NCBI GenBank assembly: GCA_963664405.1
Contig: OY761158.1
Span: 3,232,001 to 3,296,000 of the forward strand
Source of the DNA: Thermoanaerobaculia bacterium
GTDB taxonomy: Bacteria > Acidobacteriota > Thermoanaerobaculia > Multivoradales > Multivoraceae
Direction of reading: 5' to 3'
DNA: 64,000 nt
Positions 52,200 through 62,842 of this stretch are shown here, one piece after another; position 1 is the stretch's first letter; the number at the start of each line of letters is the position of its first letter. Both the position numbers and the translations under genes were made by a program. The notes under the pieces were generated by a model. It was given only the letters and a program-made list of their open reading frames with translations, was not told the origin of the DNA and made no database searches.

Positions 52200-53471
52200 T
52201 TGATGACCTGGGACCGCGAGAAGAATGTCGAGTGGGTGACCGAAGTCCCCGGCCGCGGCTGGTCGTCGCCGATCGTGTGGGGCGATCAGGTCTTCCTCAC
52301 CAGCGCGTTCCCCGACGAGAAGCTCGGGCGCTTGGAGCCCAAGGGCACCTTCCGCTGGATGGTCTACTCTCTCGACATCGAGACCGGAGAGATGCGCTGG
52401 TCTCGGGAGGCGCACGCCGGACCGGCGGATCCCATGTCGCAGCGCCGCCGCACCAACGGTTACGCGACCCCGACTCCGACCACCGATGGTGAGCGGGTCT
52501 ATGCTCTTTTTGGATCCCACGGGCTCTACGCCTACGAGCTCGACGGCACGCCGGCCTGGACCTACCCCATCGACAGGAGACAGACCTTCTTCGACTACGG
52601 CCACGCGGCTTCGCCGGTGGTGCACGAAGGCCAGGTCATCTTCACTTCGGACACGGAGGAGGAGTCCTACATCGCCTCGATCGACGCCGAGACCGGCAGG
52701 GAGCTGTGGAGAACAATTCGCAACGAGACCACCTCCTACGCCACCCCGCTGGTGTGGAAGAACGATCTGCGCACCGAGGTCCTGACCTCCGGGGTACGGC
52801 GAATTCGCTCCTACGATCTCGACGGCGAGCTGCTCTGGGAGATGGACGGAGGCATGGGCCAGAATCTCTCACCTTCGCCCTTCTCGAGCCATGGGTTGGC
52901 CTATGTCACCGCCGGGTACTACAAATACCCGCACCGACCGGTGTATGCGTTCAAAGCGGGGGCCAGTGGAGACATCAGCCTGCGCAGCTGGAGCGAGGGG
53001 AAAGAGAACGCGCCGAGAGGGGCCAGCGAGGAGCAGGTCGCCAAGATGGGCGGGGACATCTCGAAGGACTCTCTGAAGGAAGAGGAGCGCTCCAGCGAGT
53101 TCCTCGCCTGGTACCAGCCGGTGGCGGGACCCGAGGTCACCTCACCCCTGGTCGTCGGCGACTACTACTACACTCTGCTCGATCAGGGCTTCATCACCTG
53201 TCATGACGCCAAGACCGGTGAAGTGGTCTATGGCAAGACTCGCATCCCCGGCTATGACCGCTTCATGTCCTCACCCTGGTACTACAATGGAAGGATCTTC
53301 TTGCTCAGCGAGGACGGCAGGACGTTCGTCGTCAAACCCGGTCCCGAGTTCGAAGTCCTTCATCGCAACGAGCTCGACGAGCTCACCATCGCCACTCCAG
53401 CCATCGCACAGGGTCGATTGTTCATTCGCACGGAGTCACGGCTGTACTCCATTACCAAGAGCAGAGAGTAG
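52200..53471 (+). CDS. PQQ-like beta-propeller repeat protein (BamB-like), N-terminus/signal peptide apparently missing
   Basis: NVEW..EVPGRGWSSPIVWGD.VF, YATPTP.TDGERVY, ASPV, SSP....GRIF, ATPAI..GRLFIRT. Confidence 0.8.
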   Translation: MMTWDREKNVEWVTEVPGRGWSSPIVWGDQVFLTSAFPDEKLGRLEPKGTFRWMVYSLDIETGEMRWSREAHAGPADPMSQRRRTNGYATPTPTTDGERVYALFGSHGLYAYELDGTPAWTYPIDRRQTFFDYGHAASPVVHEGQVIFTSDTEEESYIASIDAETGRELWRTIRNETTSYATPLVWKNDLRTEVLTSGVRRIRSYDLDGELLWEMDGGMGQNLSPSPFSSHGLAYVTAGYYKYPHRPVYAFKAGASGDISLRSWSEGKENAPRGASEEQVAKMGGDISKDSLKEEERSSEFLAWYQPVAGPEVTSPLVVGDYYYTLLDQGFITCHDAKTGEVVYGKTRIPGYDRFMSSPWYYNGRIFLLSEDGRTFVVKPGPEFEVLHRNELDELTIATPAIAQGRLFIRTESRLYSITKSRE

Positions 53472-53513
53472 AGTCATGCGCCGTGTTCGGCGCACTTTCA
53501 ACGGGGGGAGACC

Positions 53514-55403
53514 GTGAAGGTTGGGGCATTCTTTCCCCCCGCTAAGCGAGAGCGCGGGTCCTTTCGCCATCTCGGGCACCTGAAGCGTCTCGGCCCCTAC
53601 GTGCGGCAGTATGCCTGGGTTCTGAGCGTATCGGTCGGGGGCCTCTTGGTTACGCGCTTTTTCGACGCCATCGTGCCGCAGTTCATGCGGACAGCCATTG
53701 ACAGCCTCGTCGAGCCCGACACTCCGTCGAACGTGCTGTGGCCGGCGGTGGGGATCCTGGGCGTCGTCGCCGTCAGATTCGGCATCTATGTGTGGGCGCG
53801 TCGACTCTTGCGTCGGGTCTCGATCTCTGTCTCCTACGACTTGCGCAGACGACTCTTCGATCATATCCAGTACCAGGGGGCGGCTTTCTTCAACCGATAC
53901 GGGACCGGCGACCTCATGTCGCGTGCCGTCAATGACGTGGGAATGGTCCAGAGGGTGGTCTCCTTCGGCTGGGTCACCATCGTCATGTTCTTCTTCTCGA
54001 TCGGCACCGGCCTCTACTTCATGATCGGGATGTCGCCCGCGCTCACCGCCTGGGTTGTTTTGCCGATGCCGCTTGTAGCCATCGCCGGCTTTGTCATGGC
54101 TCGCGGCATGTTCCCCTACTTTCGCGCGCAGCAGGAGGCGCAGGCGGCGATCGCGTCTTTCACCCAGGAGAATCTGAACGGCATTCGCACCATCCAGGCG
54201 GCGGCCCAGGAAGACGAGGAGATTCGTCGCTTCCGAGAGGTCAGCACGGTGTTCGCGGACAAGGTCTATCGGGCGACGCGCTACGCCGCGAGCATGAAGT
54301 TGATGATGCCGTTTCTGTCGATGATCTCGATCGTGGTCGTCCTCTTCTACGGCGGCACCTTGGTGCAGCGGGGGGAGATCACCGTCGGCACCTTCTCGGC
54401 GTTTTTTGCCTACCTTGCGATGGTGACCGGCTCGGTAAGCAGTATCGGCATGTCGGTGCAGATGTTCACCTCCGCCGCCGCCGGTACTCAGCGGATCTTC
54501 GAGCTGCTCGACAGCGAGCCCGAGATCGTCGAGACCTCTGCCGAGGATCTCCCGCAAGAGATCCGCGGCGATCTCGAGTTTCGCGGCCTCTCCTATCGCT
54601 ATCCCGAAGCGGCGAGATCCGCCCTCGAGGGCATCGATCTGCATGTCTCGTCCGGCGAGACCATTGCCTTTCTCGGCCGAGTCGGCTCGGGTAAGTCCAC
54701 TCTCTTGCGCGCGGTCGTGCGTCTCGTGGATACGCCTGCCGGGAGGGTTTTCCTGGATGGGCGAGATGTCTGCGACTACCCCCTCCATCGACTGCGCGAG
54801 GTGGTTACGCTGGTGCCGCAGGATCCGTTCCTGTTCTCCGCCACTCTGCGCGCGAATCTGAGTTACGACGATCCGAGCCGTTCCGATGAGCAGATCTGGG
54901 AGGCCGCGGAGGCGGCCGGCCTGGCACAGACCATCCGCGAGCTCAGCGAGGGTCTCGATACGGTGGTCGGCGAGCGCGGCATCACGCTCTCAGGTGGCCA
55001 GAGACAGCGAGCGACTCTGGCGCGCGGACTCATCCGCGAGGCTCCGGTGCTGCTGATGGACGACTGCTTCTCCAGCGTCGACACAGCGACCGAGGAGCTG
55101 ATCCTGAGTGGTCTCGAGAGAATGCGGGAAGGAAAGACGACCTTGCTGATCTCACACCGGGTCTCTACCGCGCGCCACGCGAACCGAATCTTCGTTCTCG
55201 ACGAGGGGCGGGTGCTCGAGTCGGGCACTCACGAGGAGCTGTTGGCGCTTGGCGGTTACTACGCCGATCTCGAGGCCGTCCAACGAAACCAGGATCAGGA
55301 TCGCGCCCGCAAAGACCGCTTGGTGCGGAACCTTCAAGATTCCCAAGAGCGGGAGGAGCCCGCACAGCGGGGAGAGCCCGCGGTAGCGAGTACGGAATCA
55401 TGA
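53514..55403 (+). CDS. ABC exporter, TMD+NBD subunit A (MdlA-like)
   Basis: [35 protein letters not shown], degenerate Walker B MDDCFSSVD. Confidence 0.92.
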   Translation: MKVGAFFPPAKRERGSFRHLGHLKRLGPYVRQYAWVLSVSVGGLLVTRFFDAIVPQFMRTAIDSLVEPDTPSNVLWPAVGILGVVAVRFGIYVWARRLLRRVSISVSYDLRRRLFDHIQYQGAAFFNRYGTGDLMSRAVNDVGMVQRVVSFGWVTIVMFFFSIGTGLYFMIGMSPALTAWVVLPMPLVAIAGFVMARGMFPYFRAQQEAQAAIASFTQENLNGIRTIQAAAQEDEEIRRFREVSTVFADKVYRATRYAASMKLMMPFLSMISIVVVLFYGGTLVQRGEITVGTFSAFFAYLAMVTGSVSSIGMSVQMFTSAAAGTQRIFELLDSEPEIVETSAEDLPQEIRGDLEFRGLSYRYPEAARSALEGIDLHVSSGETIAFLGRVGSGKSTLLRAVVRLVDTPAGRVFLDGRDVCDYPLHRLREVVTLVPQDPFLFSATLRANLSYDDPSRSDEQIWEAAEAAGLAQTIRELSEGLDTVVGERGITLSGGQRQRATLARGLIREAPVLLMDDCFSSVDTATEELILSGLERMREGKTTLLISHRVSTARHANRIFVLDEGRVLESGTHEELLALGGYYADLEAVQRNQDQDRARKDRLVRNLQDSQEREEPAQRGEPAVASTES

Positions 55404-57394
55404 GCGAAGCCGCCTTGGTACCTCCGGCGAAGAACTACTCTGCGTTTGACGCAGATCTCACCCATAAGGCGCTCAATGTTCGCCTTTTCGTCCGCCTCCT
55501 GGGATGGATGAAGCCCTATCGCTTTACTCTGATCTCGAGCATGGCGCTGGTGGTTGTCGCCGCCGCAAGCAGCGTCATGATGCCGGTGATCACCGGCCGA
55601 GTGATCATCGACATGGTGCTCCTGCCCAATCCACAGTCGGCCGACTTACCCGACTACGGGTTGATCGCGGCAACCCGCTTTCTGGCCGAGCTCTTCAGCG
55701 TCGAGATGCTGACGGCAGCAGTTTTTCTCTACGTCGGGCTCGTCATCGTCCAGACTCTCTTGCGCTACGCGCACCAACTGACTTTGGCCAGCGCCGCGCT
55801 CAAGGGGCTTCGCGACCTGCGAGTCGATCTCTTCACCGCACTCGAGCGTAAGCCCGCGTCGTTCTTCGATCATGTTGCGGTCGGGCGGCTGATGACTCGA
55901 GTGACCAATGACGTCGGAGCCCTCTTCGACCTACTCAGCGGCTTCGGCATGCTGGCCGGCGAGTTCGTCCCTTTCTTTCTCGCCGTGTTTCTGATGCTCC
56001 ACCTCAGTAGCCAGTTGACCGGCATGCTGATGTTCGTGGTGCCGGTGGCGGCGGTGGGCACCTACATTTTCCGGGTGGCGATGCGCCAGATCTTCCGCCT
56101 CGTTCGCAACTCGGTCTCCGCGTTGAACCAGTACATGCAGGAAGATCTGATGGGCATCGAGATCGTCCAGCTCTCAGGGCGAGAGGCAATGAACTCGCAG
56201 GCCTACGGAGAGCTCAACAGCGAAAACCGCCGCCAGCAGTTCCGCGCCGTCGACTATGAGGTGGTGTTCGAGACCTTCAATACCAGTTTGGGCAGCATCG
56301 CGACCGCCTTGATCGTCTGGTACGGCGGAGGGCAGGTCGTGCAGAATGAGATCTCTCTCGGCTCGATGGTGCTCTTCACTCAGCTCATCGGCATGATGGT
56401 GACGCCGGTCATCGCCGTCGGTCAGCAGTTCAACAGTCTGTTTCGGTCGATGGCGTCGGGTGAGCGGATCTTCCAGGCCTTGGATTGGAAAGAGACGCTG
56501 CACGAGCCCGCCCATCCGGTGGTCCTTCCCGAGCGTCTCGAGGGAGACGTCGAGCTTCGGAATGTGAGCTTCAGCTACGCGGTCGGCGGCCCGGTATTGA
56601 AGGACGTGTCCTTCAAGATCGCTCCGGGTGAGAAGCTCGCGATCGTCGGCCCCACCGGCTCGGGGAAGAGCACCGTCATTCGCCTACTCGTCCGTTTCTA
56701 CGACATCGAAGACAAGACGATCTTCATCGACGGCATCGACGTCAACGACATCCTCAGTCGCGACCTACGCAAGCGAGTGGGCGTCGTGTTGCAGGATTTT
56801 CACGTCTTCTCAGGCTCGGTACTCGACAACATCACGCTGAACAACCCCGCGATCAGTCGCGAGCGGGCCGAGTGGGCTGCTGAGGTGGTGCACGCCGATC
56901 GCTTCATCCGCGAGCTTCCGGAGGGCTACGACAGCATCCTGGCGGAGCGCGGTCAGAACCTGTCGCAGGGGCAGCGTCAACTGCTCGCCTTCGCAAGAGT
57001 GCTCGCCGCCGACCCCGAGATCCTGGTGCTCGACGAGGCCACCGCCAATATCGACACCGCCACCGAGCTCATCATTCAAGACGCGTTACACCGGCTGACC
57101 GAGGGCCGCACCTCGATCATCATCGCCCACCGTCTGCAGACGATCCAGGAGTGCGACAGGGTGCTGGTTCTCCACCACGGGGTGGTCGAGGAGCTCGGCA
57201 CCCACGACGAGCTCATCGCCCACGGCGGCATCTACCACACCCTCCACGAGCTTCAATTTCAGGACGACGAAGTCACCGCCTCCCTCAAAGGCGAGGCGGT
57301 GGAAGACGGCGAAGGTCAGCCGCCGAAGCCGCCAAAGGCGAGCCCGTCGGCCGAAGACGACCCCTGGGTCCCCGGCGTCGAGCCGATTGCTTAG
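55400..57394 (+). CDS. ABC exporter, TMD+NBD subunit B (MdlB-like)
   Basis: VGRLMTRVTND, GPTGSGKST, LSQGQRQL, LDEATANID, IAHRL; ATGA overlap with subunit A. Confidence 0.92.
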   Translation: MSEAALVPPAKNYSAFDADLTHKALNVRLFVRLLGWMKPYRFTLISSMALVVVAAASSVMMPVITGRVIIDMVLLPNPQSADLPDYGLIAATRFLAELFSVEMLTAAVFLYVGLVIVQTLLRYAHQLTLASAALKGLRDLRVDLFTALERKPASFFDHVAVGRLMTRVTNDVGALFDLLSGFGMLAGEFVPFFLAVFLMLHLSSQLTGMLMFVVPVAAVGTYIFRVAMRQIFRLVRNSVSALNQYMQEDLMGIEIVQLSGREAMNSQAYGELNSENRRQQFRAVDYEVVFETFNTSLGSIATALIVWYGGGQVVQNEISLGSMVLFTQLIGMMVTPVIAVGQQFNSLFRSMASGERIFQALDWKETLHEPAHPVVLPERLEGDVELRNVSFSYAVGGPVLKDVSFKIAPGEKLAIVGPTGSGKSTVIRLLVRFYDIEDKTIFIDGIDVNDILSRDLRKRVGVVLQDFHVFSGSVLDNITLNNPAISRERAEWAAEVVHADRFIRELPEGYDSILAERGQNLSQGQRQLLAFARVLAADPEILVLDEATANIDTATELIIQDALHRLTEGRTSIIIAHRLQTIQECDRVLVLHHGVVEELGTHDELIAHGGIYHTLHELQFQDDEVTASLKGEAVEDGEGQPPKPPKASPSAEDDPWVPGVEPIA

Positions 57395-57414
57395 GCGTCG
57401 TTTTCGCTCGGGCC

Positions 57415-57572
57415 GGCCGCGGGAGGGGTCTCGAAGGGCGCGGGGAGCGTGCGGGCCGGGGTGCTTCGCGGGTTACCTAAGCACTCGTAGTGAAGCCGCC
57501 TTGCTTCGGTATGTTTATGCTGCGCACCCCGGCCCCCACGCTCCCCGCGCCCCCGAGACCCCTCCCGCGGCC
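57415..57572. repeat. Long GC-rich inverted repeat (~50-bp arms) between convergent genes
   Basis: ggccgcgggaggggtctcgaagggcgcggggagcgtgcgggccggggtgc (57415-57464) versus gcaccccggcccccacgctccccgcgcccccgagacccctcccgcggcc (57524-57572). Confidence 0.85.
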
Positions 57573-57644
57573 TGCGGGGGCGAGCGACGTGGGCGACGGT
57601 TGGTGTCGCACCCACAGGGTCCGTACCAAGATACGCTCGTAGCA

Positions 57645-59153
57645 CTACCACTGCGGATTGTCGCTGCCGAGTGGGCGGGCGCCGAAGGACCAGTATGGCT
57701 GTGTCTCCGACATCTGCAGCGCGGGCGCCAAGTGCGTCATCTCTCCATACGGTGTGTCATGAGTCTCGAAGAAGTGGTCTATTCCACCCGCCTGCGACGA
57801 TGATGGGTTGCCTTCTATTAGTCGATATAGCGAGTCTTTGCGGAGGTCGCGACTGAATATATTTGTTTCTCCGCCGAGAGACGCCAACGATGCCAGATCG
57901 CCTGGGGAGCTCGTTCCCAGTCTGAGATACCACATGGCGGTTTGAGTGAGCGATACCTGCACATGCCAGGACCCACCCTCTGTTGCACGTCTGCGCAGCG
58001 CCTCGAGTACGCCATAGGCCGCGAAATACCCAGTGGTGTAGTCATTCATCGGCGCTGGAGCTAATCGTGGAGCGCCAGGATCTTCCCCGGCAGCGAGCGC
58101 ACGGTCCAGATCCGCCGCTAGCGGGGCTCTTTCGCCCTGAAGAAGTGCGATGCCGGATACCGTTTGGGCGAGCTGCTCCCATCCTGGTCTGTTCGCCCAC
58201 GGACCATGATGCCCGTAGCAGTTCTCGGACACATACACGATTCCGGGTCGCAGCTGAGCCATCGCTTCCGGGCCAAAGCCTCGCTTATCCAAGGTCCCTT
58301 TACGGAACCCCTGATTGAATACATCAGCATCTCTCGCCAGGTTTCTCAGGACTTCCGCATCCTGGGCACTGTTCAGATCAATGTGTATCTGACGTTTACC
58401 GTGCCCCGTATCCATCTCGGCCATTTCCATCGTCGGCAAACTCGGAGATGCCACATGGAGGACCTGGGCGCCGTGCTCCGCGAGAGTTCGTGCGCTTGTC
58501 GGGCCTGCGAGCACTCGTGTGAGGTCCAAGACGCGTAGATCTGAAAGCGGTCGGGATCCGGTTTTGTGACCTTCGACCGGGGAGTCTCCGATTCTTGTGA
58601 TTTCAACCGCTGGCCTGTTGATCAGATCCTTTCCCTGGGGGTGACCGATCCACTCTTCCGAGCTCCTCATCGCGGCCCCGGTCACTCCTTGCTCGATGAG
58701 CGCCTCTTCAAGCTCGAACACATTTTGCTTCGACATTGCTTTCGCAATGGTCGCTACGTCGGCCTCTTCGTCGATGCCGAGTTGTTTCGCGATCACCGGC
58801 GCGTCGTTGAAGGATCGATGGAGATGAAAGAATCTTCCATCGCCACAGCGAAAGATGCGAGTCATGCTCTGGTTCCTATGCGTCTTGGGCATATTCTCTA
58901 GAGCAAGCCAGCTCATCGAGTTCAACGATGCAGCCGCATGACGGATGTCAATACTGAGCCTCTGTGCCTTGTGGCCTTGCTGCTGCCAGATCTCATCGAT
59001 CTTTGCGCCGACCAGGGCATGTACGACCGCGGCACCCTCCGCAAGATGAAGGGGAGAGTAGTAGATAGGGTCCGAGCCGATGATCTCGATATCGGCTTCC
59101 GGAACAGGGAGGCCGGCCAGGCGGATCGCCCGTTCAATGTCTTGTTTATGCAC
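57645..59153 (-). CDS. CaiB/BaiF CoA-transferase, long two-domain form
   Basis: N-terminal degenerate domain (FRCGDGRF..LH) then PLSDLRVLDLTRVLAGP..ARTLAEHGA, DTGHGKR, ADVF.QGFR, GPW..RPG.E, DYTTGY. Confidence 0.88.
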   Translation of the reverse strand: MHKQDIERAIRLAGLPVPEADIEIIGSDPIYYSPLHLAEGAAVVHALVGAKIDEIWQQQGHKAQRLSIDIRHAAASLNSMSWLALENMPKTHRNQSMTRIFRCGDGRFFHLHRSFNDAPVIAKQLGIDEEADVATIAKAMSKQNVFELEEALIEQGVTGAAMRSSEEWIGHPQGKDLINRPAVEITRIGDSPVEGHKTGSRPLSDLRVLDLTRVLAGPTSARTLAEHGAQVLHVASPSLPTMEMAEMDTGHGKRQIHIDLNSAQDAEVLRNLARDADVFNQGFRKGTLDKRGFGPEAMAQLRPGIVYVSENCYGHHGPWANRPGWEQLAQTVSGIALLQGERAPLAADLDRALAAGEDPGAPRLAPAPMNDYTTGYFAAYGVLEALRRRATEGGSWHVQVSLTQTAMWYLRLGTSSPGDLASLASLGGETNIFSRDLRKDSLYRLIEGNPSSSQAGGIDHFFETHDTPYGEMTHLAPALQMSETQPYWSFGARPLGSDNPQW

Positions 59154-59343
59154 TGCTGGTCGCTCTCCTGTCCTTCCATCTACGCGTAGGGAGGATCGCG
59201 ACGACGTGAGCCTCCCTCGCTAAGCCCCCAGGCGCAGCCCCCCCGAGCGGGCCTCACTAGGCAGCCCCCCTGGGCGGGCCCCCCTGAAGCGGCCGGTCCG
59301 GCGATATCGACCGCCGAAGGAACTCTCTCGCCAGGACTACCGG

Positions 59344-60171
59344 CTAACGACCCGTGAATACAGGCTGCTCTTTCGCGAGGAAGGCTTTGACGGCGGTTCG
59401 ATGATCCTCGGTGCGTCCGCAGTGAACGTGATGCGTCGCCTCCAGGTCGAGGCAGTCATCGACGTCGCCTGACAACGCCCGATTGAGGTTTTCCTTCATG
59501 TAGCGATAGGCGATGGTCGGCCCGTTGGCCAGTCGGCTGGCGATCGCGGCGGTCTTCTCCGCCAGCTCTTCCGGCTCGCAGACCCAGTTGGTCAGGCCCA
59601 GTGCCAGCGCTTCTTGCGCGCTCACTCGATCGGATAGGTAGTAGAGCTCACGCGCTTTGGCGGAGCCTACGAGCTGAGTCAGGAAATAGGTGCCGCCGTA
59701 GTCTCCGGAGAAGCCGACACGGGCGAATGCGGTGGTGAGGAGGGCATTCGACGCCATGATGCGAAGATCACAGGCCAGCGCTAGACCGAGCCCTGCGCCA
59801 GCGGCGGCGCCAGGAAGAGACGCGATCGTGGGCTTGGGCATTTTGAAGAGCTTGCCGGCGGTTGCGCGCTGATTGACGCGCTGGCGATGAATGGCGGCGT
59901 CGAGCGAGATCTCTTCGCCACCGCCGTCGTTGCGAGAGGCCATGCCCTTTACGTCGCCGCCGGCACAGAATCCCTTTCCGGCGCCGGTAAGCACGATGCA
60001 TTTCACCGCCGGATTGAGCTCCAGGTCGGCCAGCACGGTTGCCAGGGCGCTGGTCATCTCGCCCGACATCGCGTTTCTGGCTTGAGGCCGGTTCATGGTC
60101 AGGGTCGCGACGCCGTCACTCAGGCTCCCTAGCAGATCCTCGGTTCCCGTTTCGATCTTTGATTCGCTCAT
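59344..60171 (-). CDS. Enoyl-CoA hydratase/isomerase (crotonase) family, PaaG-like
   Basis: LTMNRP..RNA, FCAGGDV, GAAAGAGLGLALACDLR, AFARVGFSGDYGG. Confidence 0.92.
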   Translation of the reverse strand: MSESKIETGTEDLLGSLSDGVATLTMNRPQARNAMSGEMTSALATVLADLELNPAVKCIVLTGAGKGFCAGGDVKGMASRNDGGGEEISLDAAIHRQRVNQRATAGKLFKMPKPTIASLPGAAAGAGLGLALACDLRIMASNALLTTAFARVGFSGDYGGTYFLTQLVGSAKARELYYLSDRVSAQEALALGLTNWVCEPEELAEKTAAIASRLANGPTIAYRYMKENLNRALSGDVDDCLDLEATHHVHCGRTEDHRTAVKAFLAKEQPVFTGR

Positions 60172-60314
60172 TCTCTTTACTCCCTGAAAGTCTATTAGCT
60201 GCTTCCAAATGCGGTGGTGGAGATCGTCCGAGTCATCATCTCCCTTTCAGCCATGCGCCGTCCTCGGCGCCAACAGCAAGAACTAGAAGAGAAATGATAT
60301 CCATCATTTCTTCC

Positions 60315-60650
60315 TCAGATATGCGCCGTCCTCGGCGTGTCCTCGGCCTTCTTCATGCTCGATCCGCCACCCGCGTTGTTGACCATGATGTCGAGGCGGC
60401 CGAATCTGTCGACCGTCTGCTTGATCAGGTTGTCGACGTCGTCAGGCTTGGTGATGTCGGTGGCGAGCGCGAGGGACTGGGCTCCGAGGGCCTCGATCTC
60501 CGCTGCGACCTTGTCCAGGTTCTCCTGCTTGCGGCTCGCTACCACGACGTTGGCACCGGCTCTCGCGTACTCGAGCGAGATATGTGTCCCGATCCCACCC
60601 GCGCCGCCGGTGACGATGGCGGTCTTGCCCTGCAGATCAAACTTCGACAT
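60315..60650 (-). pseudogene. N-terminal fragment of a short-chain dehydrogenase (SDR)
   Basis: GKTAIVTGGAGGIG...FGRLDIMVNNAG then abrupt end; no YxxxK. Confidence 0.85.
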
Positions 60651-60754
60651 TCAGGCCCTTTGTCAGATAGTTGAACGGTCGGAGGCTCGAAGGGCTGACT
60701 ATCTCGCTGCAATTGAGCGCTGTCAAGGTCCCGCGAGCGGCGTTGAAGGAGGCA

Positions 60755-61921
60755 TCACCGAGCTGGCCAGCGCCACGGGGGGGTGCTGAAGCGGTCCTGG
60801 TCGAGGGCATGGGTCTCGCCAAGCTCTTTGTCGAGTCGGATGTGGTTCACGCTCTCGGATGGGCCGAGAGTGTCGATGAGCCCGGCCGCGTGAGACACCA
60901 CCCAGAGCTGCGTCTTTTTCGCGCATTTCTTCATCAAAGGGCCGAGGGCCGGGAGCAGCTCCGGGTGCAGGCTGGTCTCGGGCTCGTTGAGCACCATCAT
61001 CGAGGGCGGGCGCGGAGTGTGGAGCGCGGCGATCCAGCGCAAATAGCGCAGGGTGCCGTCGGAGAGCTCCGCTTGAGACAGCGGCCTGAGCAGGCCGTGC
61101 TGGAGGAACTCCAGTTGAAAACGGTCTCCGAGCACTTGCACGCGGACCTCGGCTCCGGGGAAGGCATCGCTGACCGCGAGATCGAGCCCCGCCGCGTCGC
61201 CGATCTCACGGATCGTCTGCCAGGCGGCGGCGAGGTCGTGTCCGTCGTTGCTGAGCGCGGGGGTGCGGGTGCCGATCTGAGGTTGGCGTGCCGGTGAGCC
61301 GCTGTCCGAGCGAAAGTGGTCATAGAAGCGCCCTGAGCGGAGGGTGCGCCTCATCAGCAGGTTCTCCGGCGTCCGCTCCGGATCGGCCAGCTGCGCCAGC
61401 ATGCTGTCGAAGGGTTGGAGATTCTGCTCGATCACTGACCATTCCCCGGCCTCGTCCCTGGCACGAACCACAGCACCGCGACGGTCGACCAGAGCGCGGC
61501 GCTCGTGCCATGAATCGCCGTGCCAGATCACCTCGCGCTTGATCTCCGGATCGTGGTTGAAGAGAGTCTTGGCGCTGGGCGGGGGCAGTCCGAAGTCGAT
61601 CGCGAAGCCGAGGTCCTCACCGGAGAAGCTGAGTCGCAAGGCGACCCTTTTCTTTCGCGGCCCCCCCTGAACCGGCTCTTCGCCACGCCGGACCGAGCGG
61701 GAGGCTTGCTCCGGCCCAGCCCACAGCACCGACTCGAGCCCGCCTTCGGCGGCGATAGTCTGGTGCGCGGTGCCCTGCGCGGTCTCGCACACCAAGCGCA
61801 GGCCGCGATACAGGTTCGACTTTCCACTGCCGTTCGGGCCGGTAACCAGGTTCAACGAGCCCAGGGGGAGGATCAGCTCTCGGAGGGAACGGTAGCCTGC
61901 AACCGCGAAGGTCTTGATCAC
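60755..61921 (-). CDS. AAA/ABC-type ATPase (COG4637-like, AAA_21)
   Basis: GYRSLR, TGPNGSGKSNLY, FYDHFR, ELSDGTLR, LNEPETSLHP, VVSH; GTG start at 61921. Confidence 0.87.
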   Translation of the reverse strand: MIKTFAVAGYRSLRELILPLGSLNLVTGPNGSGKSNLYRGLRLVCETAQGTAHQTIAAEGGLESVLWAGPEQASRSVRRGEEPVQGGPRKKRVALRLSFSGEDLGFAIDFGLPPPSAKTLFNHDPEIKREVIWHGDSWHERRALVDRRGAVVRARDEAGEWSVIEQNLQPFDSMLAQLADPERTPENLLMRRTLRSGRFYDHFRSDSGSPARQPQIGTRTPALSNDGHDLAAAWQTIREIGDAAGLDLAVSDAFPGAEVRVQVLGDRFQLEFLQHGLLRPLSQAELSDGTLRYLRWIAALHTPRPPSMMVLNEPETSLHPELLPALGPLMKKCAKKTQLWVVSHAAGLIDTLGPSESVNHIRLDKELGETHALDQDRFSTPPWRWPAR

Positions 61922-62124
61922 GCTCACCCTCGAGTCAAGAACCGATGCTGGCTTCGTTCGGAGACCTCGACCTGACCGATCCACGACCGCGCGCGACGTG
62001 CGAGGCGATCGCCGCTTCCCTCGCCGCACATCTGTCTTCGGTCGGACATACGCCCACTCTACTGAGCTTCATATATCTTCGCCACAAACTTTGCACACTG
62101 TTGTGGGATACTCCCGAGCGCTGA

Positions 62125-62842
62125 ATGACTGCGCTGCGCCCACTGATCGTCACGCTCCTTCTGCCGTTGATGGCAGTCGTCGGAGCCGCTCTCGCGAGTG
62201 AGCCGAGCCACGGCATCGCCTACTTCGGCAACCTCAAATACCCGAAGGACATGACTCACTTCCCCTACGCCAATCCCGACGCCCCCAAGGAAGGCAGAAT
62301 CAGTACGTGGCTACCCGGCTCCTTCAACAATCTACATCCCTATAAAGAGGGGATCACGGTGGCGGTCGGGATGACCTATGCCCGCCCCGCCTCCACCTCG
62401 GATCGGCTGACCAAGGGAAGCGAGGATGAGCTGTCCTCGGTCTACTGCCTGCTGTGCGAGACGGTCGAAGTCGCCGACGATTATGCCTGGGTCGCCTATA
62501 CGTTGCGCGAGGGCGCGCGCTGGCACGACGGAGTGCCTGTAACCGTCGACGACGCGTCCTATGGACTTTCGACACAGTGAAGCGAGAGGGTGACGTGGGG
62601 GCCAAGAGCGCCTATCGCGACATTCTGAGTGTCGAGCAGACCGGACCTCGCTCTTTCCGCTTTCACCTCCGAGATGGGCCGATCAGGACGCGCCGGCTGG
62701 TGATGCAGACAGCGAGCTTCATGCCCCTGGCGAAACACTATTGGAAAGACAAGGACTTCAGCGAAACGACCATCGTGCCGCCCCTGGGCAACGGGGCCTA
62801 TCGTGTCAAGGAGGTGGATCTGGGCCACAAGATCGTCTTCGA
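62125..62842 (+). pseudogene. 5' part of a YejA-like ABC peptide-binding protein, frameshifted (~62554) and truncated
   Basis: Signal peptide, HGIAYFG.LKYP.D..HF.YANPDAPK.G, F.NL.P, ARWHDG.PVT.DD, PLG.G.Y; ends at a junction with the ATPase sequence. Confidence 0.8.

Noticed and set aside
59225-59290. Two short repeats gcagcccccc..gcgggcc
   Set aside because: Only two low-complexity units with no spacers or cas genes; not CRISPR
60755-61921. AAA ATPase as an anti-phage defence component
   Set aside because: No adjacent nuclease/TOPRIM or other effector gene visible
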